From: Tubulanus polymorphus
Taxonomy: Eukaryota; Animalia; Nemertea
DNA length: 64,000 nucleotides
Assembly: GCF_964204645.1 (NCBI RefSeq)
Contig: NC_134028.1
Span: forward strand, 4,650,001 to 4,714,000
Reading direction: 5' to 3'
Shown here: positions 1 to 16,700 of the stretch, piece by piece
Layout: every line of letters begins with the position of its first letter
Position numbering within the stretch: the stretch's first letter is position 1
Translations under genes and position numbers: made by a program
The notes under the pieces: model-generated
Databases searched by the model: none
The model's input: only the letters and a program-made list of their open reading frames with translations
What the model was told of the DNA's origin: nothing

Positions 1-849
1 CAGTACACTGGAAACACCCCTTAACCCACAGTTGAGGCCTAGAGGCCAGTTCCTTAGTCATGCAGGGTTTGTGGCAAGTCTATTAATTGCTACTATTTGG
101 AAAAACCTCGTTAAGGAGTACTTTATGCAAAAATGATATTAAGTGCTGAAAAGTGTCACTTGCCCAATGCGCTCATTTTTGCAAAAAAAAATAACCGTCG
201 CCCTCTCCATAATAAAATTACAAATACCCGGATACAAATTCGCCTTTTTCAAAATAAATATGCCTATATCATGGAAAAATTTGGCAGTTGGGTAGTTTCG
301 GTGCTATTTTAAAAGTCGGAGAATTTTAATCGGTAAATAGTTTGCCCACTACGGCTATTCAACGTGTCTGGCAAGCGAGTATTATGTTAGTTCGCATTTT
401 TCCCGCTATCGTTATACATAGGGGCAGCACTAGACAATCGAGATCGCTAATTTAACTGTGGCGGGCTAATATTATAGCAATCGTCAATTCCGCTTTCATG
501 AAATCATTCTCTCAATTGATTAAAACGTTGGGGCCATTTTCTAAATCGAATTGATTCTCAATATGATTTGAGATATATTTTGATTTTGGTTAAAAGATAA
601 GAATTAAATCACAGAGGGTCATTGAAACTAGTCGTTACAATAGAGTGCAATTCACAACTGATTCCGCACTAAATGTGCTTACTTTTGCATAAACCTTAAT
701 TAATACTATGCTATGGCTTAGATTCAAGATCACCAAGTCCAATCATTAACGATCTCAGCCCACTTTAGGACACGTCATGGCTACAACCGGACAGGGGTAT
801 ATTATATATTTAACTTCACTTGACCAACAATTTGGAGACTTTAGGATGT

Positions 850-1051
850 CGAGAGAAACCCCACAATAACGAAGCCAAGATTGAAAATCAGGCGTACTGA
901 TGATTCAGTATGCCTGATGATGGCCAACAGTTGTTAGCCGAAACGTCACTCCTCAAATATAATCATTCTGATCTAGAATTTTTCAATCTTGGCTTCGTTG
1001 GGATTTCTCTCATAATCATTACACACAGATATTGTGTATCTTCTCGTCTTA
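850..1051 (+). mobile_element. Fold-back Penelope-like (PLE) derivative carrying a minimal hammerhead ribozyme motif
   Basis: Inverted arms (gagagaaaccccac..gaagccaagattgaaaa / ttttcaatcttggcttcgttgggatttctctc); CTGATGA at 914-920, stem II ggc..gcc, GAAACGTC at 940-947; 12-bp direct repeat ACTTTAGGATGT at 838-849 and 1052-1063 (TSD); tail shared with the copy at 52.2 kb. Confidence 0.75.
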
Positions 1052-3738
1052 ACTTTAGGATGTGACCTTCTAAATAAGAGACAATCCTGTTATGTATTCC
1101 AAGAAACCAGTTCTGATCACTAAGTAGAACAATCGAACGACGAACACAGCTTTCTAGGCAGCGAATTGACAAAATTTTATTACATCATTTTTTCGACGGA
1201 TCACAGCAGATTCTCATTCATTGTGTGCATGAACTCGATTCAGGGTGATCACACAATCCGGGTGATCTGATCATTCATTTCATAGGATAAAATCTTTGTA
1301 ACAACAATAACATCAGACAGGAGACTGGTTTCAAATTGCCTTCACAACAAAATAAACAATTGTTTGTACAGAATTTAGACTTTAGAACAGAAATGAACAA
1401 TGGCAAAAAATACATCAGCATTTTAATAACTCTCCGGCCAGAGTAGTTACAGATGTCTTAGCTAGAAAAAATATCTTCTCGTCATTATCAAAGTTAAAAG
1501 ATGATGTACGTCAATGCCCTGTTCTAAAAGAGCTCAGGTCTCAGCTGAAAGAAAAAAGTAAACGGCCCATTGGTGGGCCTCAGAAATTCACGTTTCACCC
1601 TCTATGAAAATATCACATACCGCACTCACAAAGTTTGATATAATTTGTGGACTATTAATATTATGTAGGTGGGTGGGTGGGTGGTTGTCGAGTTCACCTG
1701 TAGAGCACTGTCCGCGAGAACAAAGAAATCGTCGAAACCTAAAATAAATAATTTCAATCTCTCTCAAAATGATATATAGACTAATTATATAATCCTCGAT
1801 TATATATATAAACAGAACTAAACTATAAGTGACCTGTCTAGACCACAGACTCCTTCCAAGACTACTGACTCCCCTCCTCAATCAACCATAAATCCGCTTA
1901 GACACACTCCCTCCTCGCTAAACTTTCTACACAAGTCTTTAGTATATTGTGCATGCCATTCTCATTTCAATATCTGCTACGTTGTAACCCAAAAATACAT
2001 ACAATACCACCATGCAGTCGAGACCCAGTAAGACTCGGATAAACCCAGCGAGACTCAAATGAGACTCGTTGATGCCCAGTGCTGCATCATTTTGCCTAAC
2101 TGGGTCCCGATATTATACAGTCTTCACTTGGTTAATTGTATAAACAGTTTGACTCAGATTTTACTAATTACTTCCATCATTACATTATATACGAGTTACT
2201 CTTTTAAGTACAAAAATTGACTCAATCACTCAACGTTTAATATTTTATAGCATATAGAAAATTGATTTCGAAGATCAAAATTGTTTTCGTTTTTGAGAGA
2301 GATCAGCTCGTTGTGTATAGAGTGAGGCGTGGATTGAATTAACAGTTATATATCATAACCTGATTCAAGCTTTTATCATCAATATTTATATCCATTTATA
2401 TATTTACAAGTGATGAATTTAATGATGGCCGAATGCGTACACTAAGAATTGTACACGACCATGGTATTTGATAAGCCTGTATTACTGGGCTCATTTTCAT
2501 CACTAATTGGTTTGACAAATGAGTCGAACAATTGAAATTCGACCCTTCAAATTTCAAACATAACTTTTATCCGCACAAATATTCCCAAATTCAGCTTCTC
2601 ATCTTACAATGTAGCACAACCCCAACACAAGATGAAATATGAATCAGTTCACATTAGTTCGTGATGACAAGCTCTGAAATACGGGCAGCAAATAATATCA
2701 TTATGATTTATAATAATACAAATATAATAAAGTTATATATATATACAGACATTTGTTGTAATCATTTCAGTGAGCAGTTACAATTACCCAGAATTCATCA
2801 CGATGAATTTACTAATTCGACGCATGCATTTTAAAGACTCCTTGATTCAGAGCCAGTTTACAAAAAAATTAAAACATAATAATCATCATTACACGACTGT
2901 TTTTGAAGAATAAACGCTTTTCTAAATTTTTCTGACGACTTACAGGTGCTGATCACCAAATATGGCCACTTCAATATCAACATCACATGAGGCTGGCTGG
3001 CGCCCTGTGATCAGATTGACTTTAAAAACAGTTTGAGCACCAAATTTTTCAGCAACAAAATAACATCATACATTCTATTAATCAAAAATATTCCAACTTT
3101 TGTTGCGCAATATTCTGACGTGTTTCGCGAGGCAATTGCTATTGTTTTTGAGGCACAGTTAGTACTTATTTTTCTACGCTCACAGGGGTCACACCCAAAC
3201 AGGACAAGTGACCTCTTCCAAGTGAAGAATAGAGGTCTATTAACCCTGATTATAACTGGAATCAGTGTGTAGAAAATGACTAATTAAAATGAATTATTGC
3301 CACTGCAAAAATCAGTCGTAAATTCAAACATGATCAGCCGAATTTTTACTAATACTCTCTTGACATTTCAACATTCATGTATTTCATTATCAACTAGTGA
3401 AAATAAGAAAATCATATAACAATTTTTTTTTCATTTGTTTGACGACTGAATTGATAACAAAACAATATACGACATATTACCCCAAATACAGGTGATATCA
3501 CTGAATACCTGAATCCAGTTATAAACAGTTGTATTTCATTCAGAATAATTACACAAAATATTTTCAATGCTCGAAAAAAAAAAACGTGAAGACGATAAAA
3601 TAGAGTTTTCAATGAATTCGCAAAATATTCAATATTAAATTCAATGTTACACGTAATACCTATATCAGCGAAGCTTGTTTAAAACTGCGTTAAGTTTGAT
3701 CCCTATTTGTGAAAAATTTCCACAGTCTTTATCCATTA

Positions 3739-3739
<1 letters not shown>

Positions 3740-3776
<37 letters not shown>

Positions 3777-3780
3777 TAAT
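3740..3780. repeat. (AAT)n microsatellite in the Rac1 3' UTR
   Basis: About 12 consecutive AAT units just downstream of the Rac1 stop codon. Confidence 0.9.
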
Positions 3781-3816
3781 CGTGCAGAGAATAGAAATGA
3801 CACTATCGCATTGGTA

Positions 3817-5548
<1,732 letters not shown>

Positions 5549-6564
5549 TGTATGAATTCGTGTTTGAAATTATAATCAGGTTGACATTCACCGTCTTACT
5601 CTAGACGACAACGACTCGCTCAGTTTATATACGGTTTGTGCCCCTACTATAAATAGAGGGTGTGATACAAGATGGCAGAAATACCCCCAGCGAAGATCTA
5701 TTTATAGCTCAATTCAAACTTATTATTTATTACGCCGGCTTCGATAGTTGGTTTATGCGACTAACTCTTTGTCAACGAAAGTGATAACAGTGAAAATCAT
5801 TCCTTTCTGTAAATAAAATCTATGGTGATTGTATGTAGTTGGTTTTCATTCGAAAGAAACGTTTTGGGTGCTTTCGGTATAACCGACGTGGCAGCTAATA
5901 GTTTTAACAATTAGATGTGTTAGTTTTCCAAAAAATGCAGAGGAGATCTAGACTTACTGTCTACTAGAAATACAATACAAAATACCAAAAAGGACCGACT
6001 AAAATGTTTTGAAAATAATGTTCTAACAATTCAACTGACCAACGTCGTGGCAGCTAGTATTTTTAACGCCGCCGCGCACCTGTCACGGCGCTGTAACCTC
6101 TTGTGACTAGCCTGCCACCTAACCCCTCGTTTATACACTACAAACAACTCGAGAAAGTATACAAATACAAATCAACTAAATTAAAGAAATAGCGATTTAA
6201 ACGTAATTATCTGCTAGTGTTAGTATTTGATATTTTTTTTTAAAATGTTTTCGATGTTTTTGGTGTTGTCATGTTAATGGAGTGCATCCCAGATAATTCG
6301 GTTGAAATTTTTGATTAACTGTCAGTGTCAGTGTGTATTTTAATTTTCAATTCATAATACTTATTTCCTTCCTTTCTTCTTCTATAATGAACTCAAATCA
6401 ATTTGATTTGAGTTCTATAATCTTGTCATTCTTGACTTTCAATTTTTCAAGTCCTTTATCCATTTCGTATCATGGACGAATATGGCAACGTGGAACATCG
6501 CTTATATTTACGTAACTTATTCTACCTATTTGGTTTTAATTTTTCAGATTGATTCAGAGAATAC

Positions 6565-7943
6565 ATGATGGCGACAGTTGATATCGCAGATAAACCGAAA
6601 CATCGTAATTGGGCGGATTTTTGTGTAAAGCCAACCGAAGCCAAACCGAAACATACGCTGTTCGGTTCGAACTTGGAAATATTGAGTGACGCCGAGCAAC
6701 AGAAATTACGAGAGATCGATCCAAACTCTTATCAGGAACAACCGAGACAATACAGGGTCCGCAACTTACCACCGGTTCTTCAAGCAAAAATACCAGGTAC
6801 GATAGACAGGTTCCAGCAGACTAAGTTTAATTACAGTATCCTAGGTACCACCTACACAATTGTTTCACGTGTATGAAGATCTGTCACCCTAAACTGATTA
6901 ATTTGTTGTTTATTTCAGATTCAAGTATCGTGAAGTTTAATAAAGAGCAAATTACGAAACAGAAAAGGGTTTTAAACGACATTGAAAATGATCTGCAATT
7001 CCTCGAGAAAAATACAAAATACAACCCGGGGCTGATACAGTCGAATGAGACCCCGGCCTCGTCATCAGGCGGGACAAAAAAACAACCGCAGTGGTTCACA
7101 GAGTCCGACATCAAACACACGCACGATATCAATATCCTCGGAGTGCGCCCTGGTGGACAGAAGAGTAACTACAACCGAGATAAATACGCAACGAAACCTC
7201 AAACGCATAAATACGCGTTGATAGGAGACGTGTTGAGACCCGGTAACGATTTCAACGAAAGAGAGAATTCTATTTTCAGCGACGAGAAAAATAACTTCGA
7301 TTCGAATATGTATTCAACGTCTTATAAGAAACATTTCCCCGAGATCGAGACGAAAAATCCCGAAAAACCCACAGAGACTCGAGAATTCGCCATCGATCTA
7401 CCGGCGAATATACAGCACACCTTCGGAACGACGGAATGCCAGCGGCTGTTGACCGATACGCAGTCCGTCGATCGATCCTTGAAATTAATAGAACAACAAG
7501 AGAGAATTCGACGTCGGGTGATCGCGAATCGGCTGCAACCGAAGTCAATTAAACCAGAAATTCATCCTCTGTATGAAGTGATGGGAAACGCTCTGAGGAT
7601 GGATCATTTTACCGGTCACACGTTCGATAATAAACTGAGCTCAACGAAACGAGCTCATACTCAATCAGTATTCGACCGCAGAGTTCCACAAATAGATAAT
7701 TATAGAATGAAACGAGATGAATTGAGTGAGTTTGAAACTGAAAAAAACCCTGAACTGATTTCCAAATATTTTGATTTGAAATTTGATCGTTAACCCGAAT
7801 TCGAGCTCCCCTTAGTCTGTATGGATATTTCTGTGAATATTTTAGGTACCTGGGCTGAAAGTAATGTATTACGCGATCGCATGAAGAAAGCTTGGGATGA
7901 ATACCTCACTGACACATTGAATGCAAAGAAAACCACTGAATAG
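6565..7943 (+). CDS. TEX33: TEX33-like (testis-expressed 33 domain) protein, 3 coding exons (6565-6796, 6919-7725, 7846-7943), head-to-head with Rac1
   Basis: In-frame GT-AG splicing; C-terminal motifs LPANIQHTFG, YEVMGNALRMDHF and KRDELSTWAESNVLRDRMKKAW resemble the TEX33 domain (IPANIRHKFG, LGYNMRSNLF, KTDDLGRW) as recalled. Confidence 0.7.
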
Positions 7944-8439
7944 AGACTGGTAATCCGACTGGTAATCATCATCTGTCGTTATAGATTATTATGTCTTGGT
8001 GTAGATAAGGTTTTATAAGGTTAGTTCTGATTCTGATAAAGATGGTTCAGATTCACTTCGGATGTAATCGAAATCGTTTTGTTTTAATGGTGAATTTGTG
8101 TTGGAAATTGTATTTAAACTACAAAATAATAGACAATAATCAAATAATGCCTTCAAATATATTTAATCAAAATTAGAATACAGGTTGTAAGTTTGACTCG
8201 GTACAGTGAAACTTGCTTGAATCGAACAGACCCGGGTCGTAAGGGGCAGTTCAGTTTCAAGAACGAGGGCAATTTTTCAACACAAAAAGGGGCACTTTCT
8301 AATTGAAAAAGGTCAGATCTTAAATATGAAGTACCCGGCTACCTGAATAAGATCATTTGAGAATGGATTACTAATCATTTTCAAAAAAAAGATTGTTTCC
8401 AAATTTTGAAAAATCTTGAGCCAAGTTTTTTTACACTGA

Positions 8440-8680
8440 TACGAGTAAAATCCCACAATAAAAGAATTAGATGATAAAATGTTTATTAAAACATATAAGA
8501 AATATTTCGGGTGGTTACTACCACCCTTCTACAGTCTAAAATGAAGACTGAAGAAGGGTGGTAGTAACCACCCGAAATATTTCTTATATGTTTTAATAAA
8601 CATTTTATCATCTAATTCTTTTATTGTGGGATTTTACTCGTATCGTTTTATCACGGATATTGTGATCTACCATTGATTCA
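8440..8680 (+). mobile_element. Near-perfect ~100-bp-arm palindrome with hammerhead core; PLE derivative
   Basis: Arms 8438-8537 / 8545-8644; CTGAAGA 8548-8554, stem II GGGTGGT-agta-ACCACCC, GAAATAT-T then TCTT pairing with upstream AAGA (stem I); 13-bp TSD TTTTTTACACTGA at 8427-8439 and 8681-8693; tail tcacggatattgtga. Confidence 0.85.
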
Positions 8681-10051
8681 TTTTTTACACTGACTTTGAA
8701 GGGCACTTTGAAAATTTTAGGGGGTTCGTTCGCTACCTCCGAAGCCCCCTCGGCACGGGCCTGGTCGTATTGGGACGATCGTGAAGTTGAAGACTCCAAA
8801 TGATATACTTTTCAAAATGAAATTGAATTGGGAAATACAAATACAGACTCAAAAGTAATCTGATGACGACTTGACCAAGTTTGACTATAACTGTTGAACC
8901 ATGGATATTCAACTAAATATTGATAGGATCTAGTGTATTATTATCAGGCTCTGCTAACACTGTTTCACCTAGCTCAACATTATGTATATATTATAAAATT
9001 CATAATTTTCTACAAATTATAATTTTTACCTCTGAAATGTTTGTATTACATTTTGTATGTGTTTTTTTGTGATAAATCTCTCTGTGATAGAAATATATTC
9101 TTAAATCAAAAGAACAATTTTTTTATGATTTCTAATCTATCATATTAATTACACATTTTATTGTAAGAGAATTTTGTGATTTTTCTAAAATATTTTGCAT
9201 ACAATTAAAATTATTCTTATGCCTGTCTATAAATTCAGACTTCAATTATTTACTGTAGTTTTCCGGTTTCTTGTGTCTAAGTCTTTTTCAAGTTGCTATA
9301 TACCGTTTATTCTCTTCAGTACATCGTCATAATTAATCATTGCAATTCATGAATAATGAAACAAATCTGAAATGTATTTGCTTTATTCATGAAAACATAG
9401 AACAAAAAAACAGAGTCACTTAAAATTGAAAATAGCATTAATTAACTAATTAATTTATTGATCAACTGAACAGATCTGAATAACCTTCCTAACCAAACCA
9501 CCTTTGGTGTTTTGGACACATATGAGGGTATTCTGGGTGGAGGGATTCTGGGTGTGGGATTTTGGACGGAGGTATTATGGGCGTATCCCCACCGAAACTG
9601 TTATGTCGACGATTTATCCACGCTTAAGAAAATTCAATTTTGCCTGTGAATTCAGTCCTCAATACTATCATACTGTGATTTTCAGGTTTCACGAGGGTTT
9701 CTTGCGTCGTGTCAAATTGCTATACAGTGTATGTATAAAAAAAATAAAAAAAATATATACCATGTATTCTCTTCAGTACTTCTCCAACTCCTCATTTCAA
9801 TTCATGATTAATGAAACAAATTTGAAATATGTTCTTTATTGATGTAAACATAAAACAAGATCGGACATTGAAAAACAGCAACTAATTCAGCTGAACTTAA
9901 AGTTCCTTTACAGAGCAGCGCGAATAGCTTCACTAAAGAATAGTCTATACGTTTTCTCCCTATTGTTTTGAAAAATTCGCCAGGCTTTATTTATTCGTGA
10001 TGATATCATTCGTGCAGAGAATAGAAACGACACTAAAACGCGTCGACGGTA

Positions 10052-11902
<1,851 letters not shown>

Positions 11903-11992
11903 TGTGTATCAAAGCGATCGTTTTATAATGAACTCATTCTTCACTCAACTCCTTCCACCTTACTAATACTAGCCCAGTACATCGTACTTTCT

Positions 11993-12054
11993 AACTGTTG
12001 AATTATTTCACGCTCATGCGGGATTTCGCATGCGCGTGAAATAATTCAACAGTT
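11993..12054. repeat. Short near-perfect hairpin (28-bp arms) just upstream of the second Rac
   Basis: aactgttgaattatttcacgctcatgcg-ggattt-cgcatgcgcgtgaaataattcaacagtt. Confidence 0.85.
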
Positions 12055-12128
12055 CTAATTAATTGGACCGAAACTATTAAGCCAAACAGGATTAGGCCTA
12101 TATCTCTGACACAGAACATACCTGTCTA

Positions 12129-12390
12129 TTAGAACGATAACCACACTCAAACGTGGTGAACGGATAATAAGATAAAATCCCACTATTAACAGATTAAAAG
12201 AATTTAAAAACCAGAATTTATTTATTCAATCAAAGATATATAAAAGACACGACGTTTCGATCTCACCCTAGAGATCATCACCTGACGATGATCTCTAGGG
12301 TGAGATCGAAACGTCGTGTCTTTTATATATTTTTGATTGAATAAATAAATTCTGGTTTTCAAATTCTGTAAATAGTGGGATTTTATCTTA
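12129..12390. mobile_element. Fold-back PLE derivative with hammerhead core
   Basis: Inverted arms ~12168-12280 / 12287-12390; CTGACGA 12282-12288, stem II GATCTC-tagggt-GAGATC, GAAACGTC 12308-12315; 11-bp TSD ATACCTGTCTA at 12118-12128 and 12391-12401. Confidence 0.85.
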
Positions 12391-12511
12391 ATACCTGTCT
12401 AAATTCGGCTCCAGCTAAATTATATTCGGGACCAAGTTCCATGTTGTCAGTTGAATTTGACTCAGAGTTTAATTAGTTAATTTCCGATTAGTGAAATCTC
12501 GAACTGGCTCC

Positions 12512-12650
12512 GGGACCGGTTGCATATTCACGGCTTAGACCGAAGACCGGTCGAAGACCAAATTAGTTCTGTGGCAAATCTAACAAATTAAGACCAGACT
12601 TAAGATCTAAGTCCACTTTTGGACTTGGCCATGACTGCGCAACCAGCCCC
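12512..12650. mobile_element. MITE (~140 bp) with AAGACC/GGTCTT internal repeats; same family as 56886-57024
   Basis: Imperfect terminal inverted repeats ggaccggttgc.../...gcaaccagcccc; similar to the reverse complement of 56886-57024 and partly to 16426-16486. Confidence 0.6.
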
Positions 12651-13734
12651 AGGGAGAATTCTTGTGTCGTCGCCTCTTTCAAACACGTGGTTGATCATTA
12701 ATACTGGTTTTATTCATTCACTATCAATTGTGACTATTGTCCCTGTGTCTTCAAGTTGTTGAACAGCCGTCGTTTTTCTCTTCAGTATTTCCTCAATTCC
12801 TCAGGAATAATGAAAATGCAAAATAAACACAATTGATTCAGTTTTAAATTATTCTCTTCATTGATGAAAACATAACAAGAGTCGCTAAAATTAAACAAAA
12901 TTAATTTCAATGGCTTTTACACAAATGAACCTAGATAATAAGTGACCTTCCCAATCAGACACCGCAATATTCATCAATTTACAATCGGTTCCCCGAAAGA
13001 ACTGTCCAATATATTTACTTAACCAACACCCAGTGAGTTTAAATACATCTGTAGCTCATTTGCAGCAAGAAGCAATTTACATTTTTACGTTTTAGACACC
13101 TATTCATTCTTTATACCAGTACAAGTTATCAATCAACTGAACAGTAAAATATCTATAAAGGGTCATTCATCTTTTATGAAACATATCCCATAGCTAAAAA
13201 GCATTAAATTAACAACATGCTTTACATTTATGCCAAAAATAATTCACCAAAAACCATTTGTATATAAAACAGATTTACTGACTCACTCCCTTAACACATA
13301 CAAAAGAGATTATAAAAAGCAAAGCTACAGATTACTGTTTTCCCAGGATAATTAGAGGCTTAAATCTAAACAGCTACAGTAGACTGCACCCTTGCTTGGC
13401 CTTCAGATCTAAAGGAGCCAATGTTAATTTTCTCTGAGGCAGAAAACGAATTGCGTTGGCAGTTGGGAGAATTAGATTAGATTAGAATTTTTAATGTTTT
13501 TGTAATGTGGAACGCAGGATTATCTAAGGGCAGGGCAATTGACTCAGCCTCTGGGTCATGCAACCATCCGCGGCAATCAAAGTCTGTGACCTGGGATGAT
13601 CCAAGGCAATCAGCTCCGTAGCAAGCAGTTTGGGCCAAGCAATTATCCAAGGGAATCAGAGTCCGTTACCTGCGATAATCTGAGACAATCGTGCAGTTTA
13701 CTATATACATCATATGAAATTCTCGGGTAATTTA

Positions 13735-16700
13735 CTACAATCCTAACGCTGGAAATTGATTGTCATGCTCCGATTGATGAATCGATAAATCTTTCTCGAG
13801 TAGAATCTGTTGACACGTCGAGCAAACTTTGATATCTAAAGACGTCGGTTCTTTGCGTTGTGTTTCCATGTAAGCGACGAGTAAATCCTGCTGCTTGACG
13901 ATATCCGGTAACAATACGAGTAACTCGGTAAAAACCACCGAGAATTCCTCGTTACCGACGAGTTCGCAACAACTCGTATAATATTCACTAGCGTCGATAA
14001 CGTTCTGACGGAACTGACCGGAGAGAATTTTGAAACGGTCGAATTTCGCGGGGTCGTATCGTAAACACGTTTGAATATCGGCGATCAGCTGCTGGTTCCG
14101 ATACGTGGAATTCTGCGGAGGAACGAACGACTGTTTCGCGCGAACCGCCGATGATTTCGCGAAACCGGGCGGCGCGGACTTCTTCTTCAAACCTGGAGGA
14201 GCTTTCACTATTTTCTGGACTAGGCCCGGCGGCGGCAGCGGCTTGATAGATGGCGTTGCAGTAGTGCCGTTTAATGCAGGGAATTCCGAGTCGTCGAATG
14301 AAGGAGCGACGACCTTCTTTTTCTTCGCTGATTTCTCGATCGTTTTATTTTCGGGGAACGGATCGAATTCAGTATTTCTCGGTAAATCAGGTTCAGCCGA
14401 GGAGATCTCTTTCCAGTTGTCTCCAGACGCGACTGGATTCGGAGCGAGAGTTCCGTTATTTTGAGACCCGTTCTCGGTAATTCCCTCCTCGATATTCACA
14501 CTTTTGGAAGACTTTGTTTTCTTGTTTTTCTTCGCCTTCGTTTTCGCCTGATTTTCATTCTCTGAATTTCCGTTATACAATTTTTCGATATTCTGCGTTG
14601 ATTTTTTAGACTTGGCGACGGATATTTCGCGATCACCCGACGACGGTTTAGGCGCCGACGACTGTTGTTCTCGAGAGTCGATATTTTGAGACGGCGTTTC
14701 AGCGGTTTTCTTCGATCTCGGAATCGGCCGATCGTTTTTAACCCAACCTGGTTTCGTCGCTGGTTTTAGGACCGGATTTCCGAGGCTCGGAAAATCATCC
14801 TCATTATCGACGGGCGTAGAGAAATTCTGATTTCGGGAAGCGGTATTATTTTCATTCGTATTCGATTTAGCACTTTTCTTAGGTTTAGTCCAACTCTGCG
14901 TGTCTGCTGTAACGGGGGGAGGAGGTGGTTCTCTACTGCGTCCTCCGAGAGAAGGAAAATCCTTCTCGCTCGTCATATTAATCTTTTTATTGCTAGTATA
15001 ATTATTAGCGTTGTTTTTAGATGTTTGATCAGAACTTGGTAAACTATCATTCACAAATAAATTACTGAGAGCCGATAAACTCGGTTTACTCGGTTTCTTT
15101 TTCGGTTGATCCTCGGGTAACGTCCGATAAACCTTCTTGACCGGTGGCTGACGAAAGGCCTCCCCCGGTTTCTTACTATTATCGCTTTGTAACGCCGGAT
15201 ATTCTTCTGTCGCGCTCCATGGATTAAAACTCCAGACCATGTTACGATTCGCGGGCGGTTTACGCGAGGTTGTTGCCGGGTTACCCTCGGGAAGCTCAGG
15301 GAAATCCTCATGTCTCATCGAGGATGCCCCCGTAGACATTTTGTTTTCCATTTTAATCTTTGTCGCCATTGATGCGGTTTTATTATTACGGTCGGTTAAT
15401 AGCGAACTCTTATTGGCCCCCGTCATCTCGGGGAAATCCTCGGTGCTTTTAGTATCGGGAGCTATCTCTTGCGGTACCGGTGGAACTTCTGCTCGTTTCT
15501 CCTCAACTCTCCTAGAATAATTGAGCAAATATTCATATCAAAATAATGACAGAGTAAAACAGCTAAAAATATCACTTCAGAATCTAAGACGTCTTGCGAG
15601 GAAGAGTCGATTAAAATTGTACCTATTTTTCCCTCGATCATAACGACTTTTATTACGTCCAGAATAACGACCATCATTCACTTCCTCGTAATCATCTCTA
15701 GATATTACACCTGAAACAATAAACATCTCTAGATATTACACCTGAAACAATAAACATCTCTAGATATTACACCTGAAACAATAAAAATCTATAGATATTA
15801 CACCTGAAACAATAAACATCTCTAGATATTACACCTGAAACAATAAACATCTCTAGATATTACGCCTGAAACAATAATCATCTCTAGATATTACACCTGA
15901 AACAATAAACATCTATAGATGTTACGCCTGAATCAGCAAACATCTCTAGATATTACACCTGAAACAATAATCATCTCTAGATATTACCCTTGAAATAATA
16001 ATCATCTCTAGATATTCCACCTGAAAAAATTTAAATATCTAGATATTTATACCTGAAACAATAAACATCACTAGATATCTCTGAAATTTCTGAGATTGTG
16101 GATACTCTACTGACCTCCTGCACCTCCTCCTCCTCTATATCTATGATCTCTACGGTTCGGTTGTCGCGAGTTATAATTAAACTCTAAGTCTAACGTGCGT
16201 TCTTGTCGAGCCTGAGAGCGTTTAGTAGCGTGGTGAGCGGCGCGATGAGCTTTTAGATCAATCTCTGTTTGAAATGCGTTGACGAACTGAACTCGACTGC
16301 AATCTCCTTCTTCACACAGAAAATGCTGATCACGGAAATGACTCTGTAGTAAATCATAATCGCTGTAACAAATAGAGAAAACCTCAACACAAGGGACGAT
16401 TTAAATAGACCAGAATAAAACCTCAGTCCAGTTGTGACTCAAGTTCAAAAGTGGTCTTAAATCTTTAGTCTGGCTATAGATCTAAGATTTTTTTTTCCAG
16501 AAGGGTACTAGATATTTTAGTTTGGATACTTGAACTTGAAACTATTCCAACAAGATAAACGGAATTTCCCATTTCATGATTGAAAAATTTTTGTTGTAAT
16601 AATTTCTTGTGTTGTCACAGTTATGATTTACCTGTAATACTGATTCGATCCGTCGTGATCACAGAAATGACAATAATAATGTTCTTTACGAAGATGACGC

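Noticed and set aside
8860-8890. Additional CTGATGA hammerhead candidate
   Set aside because: No GAAA follows the putative stem II
14105-15520. Antisense ORFs over the large ZNF598 exon (similar ones over TET and PDI)
   Set aside because: Shadow ORFs of the coding strand with no independent support
15693-16087. 31-bp repeat array as a CRISPR array
   Set aside because: Units are contiguous without unique spacers, there are no cas genes, and the context is a eukaryotic intron
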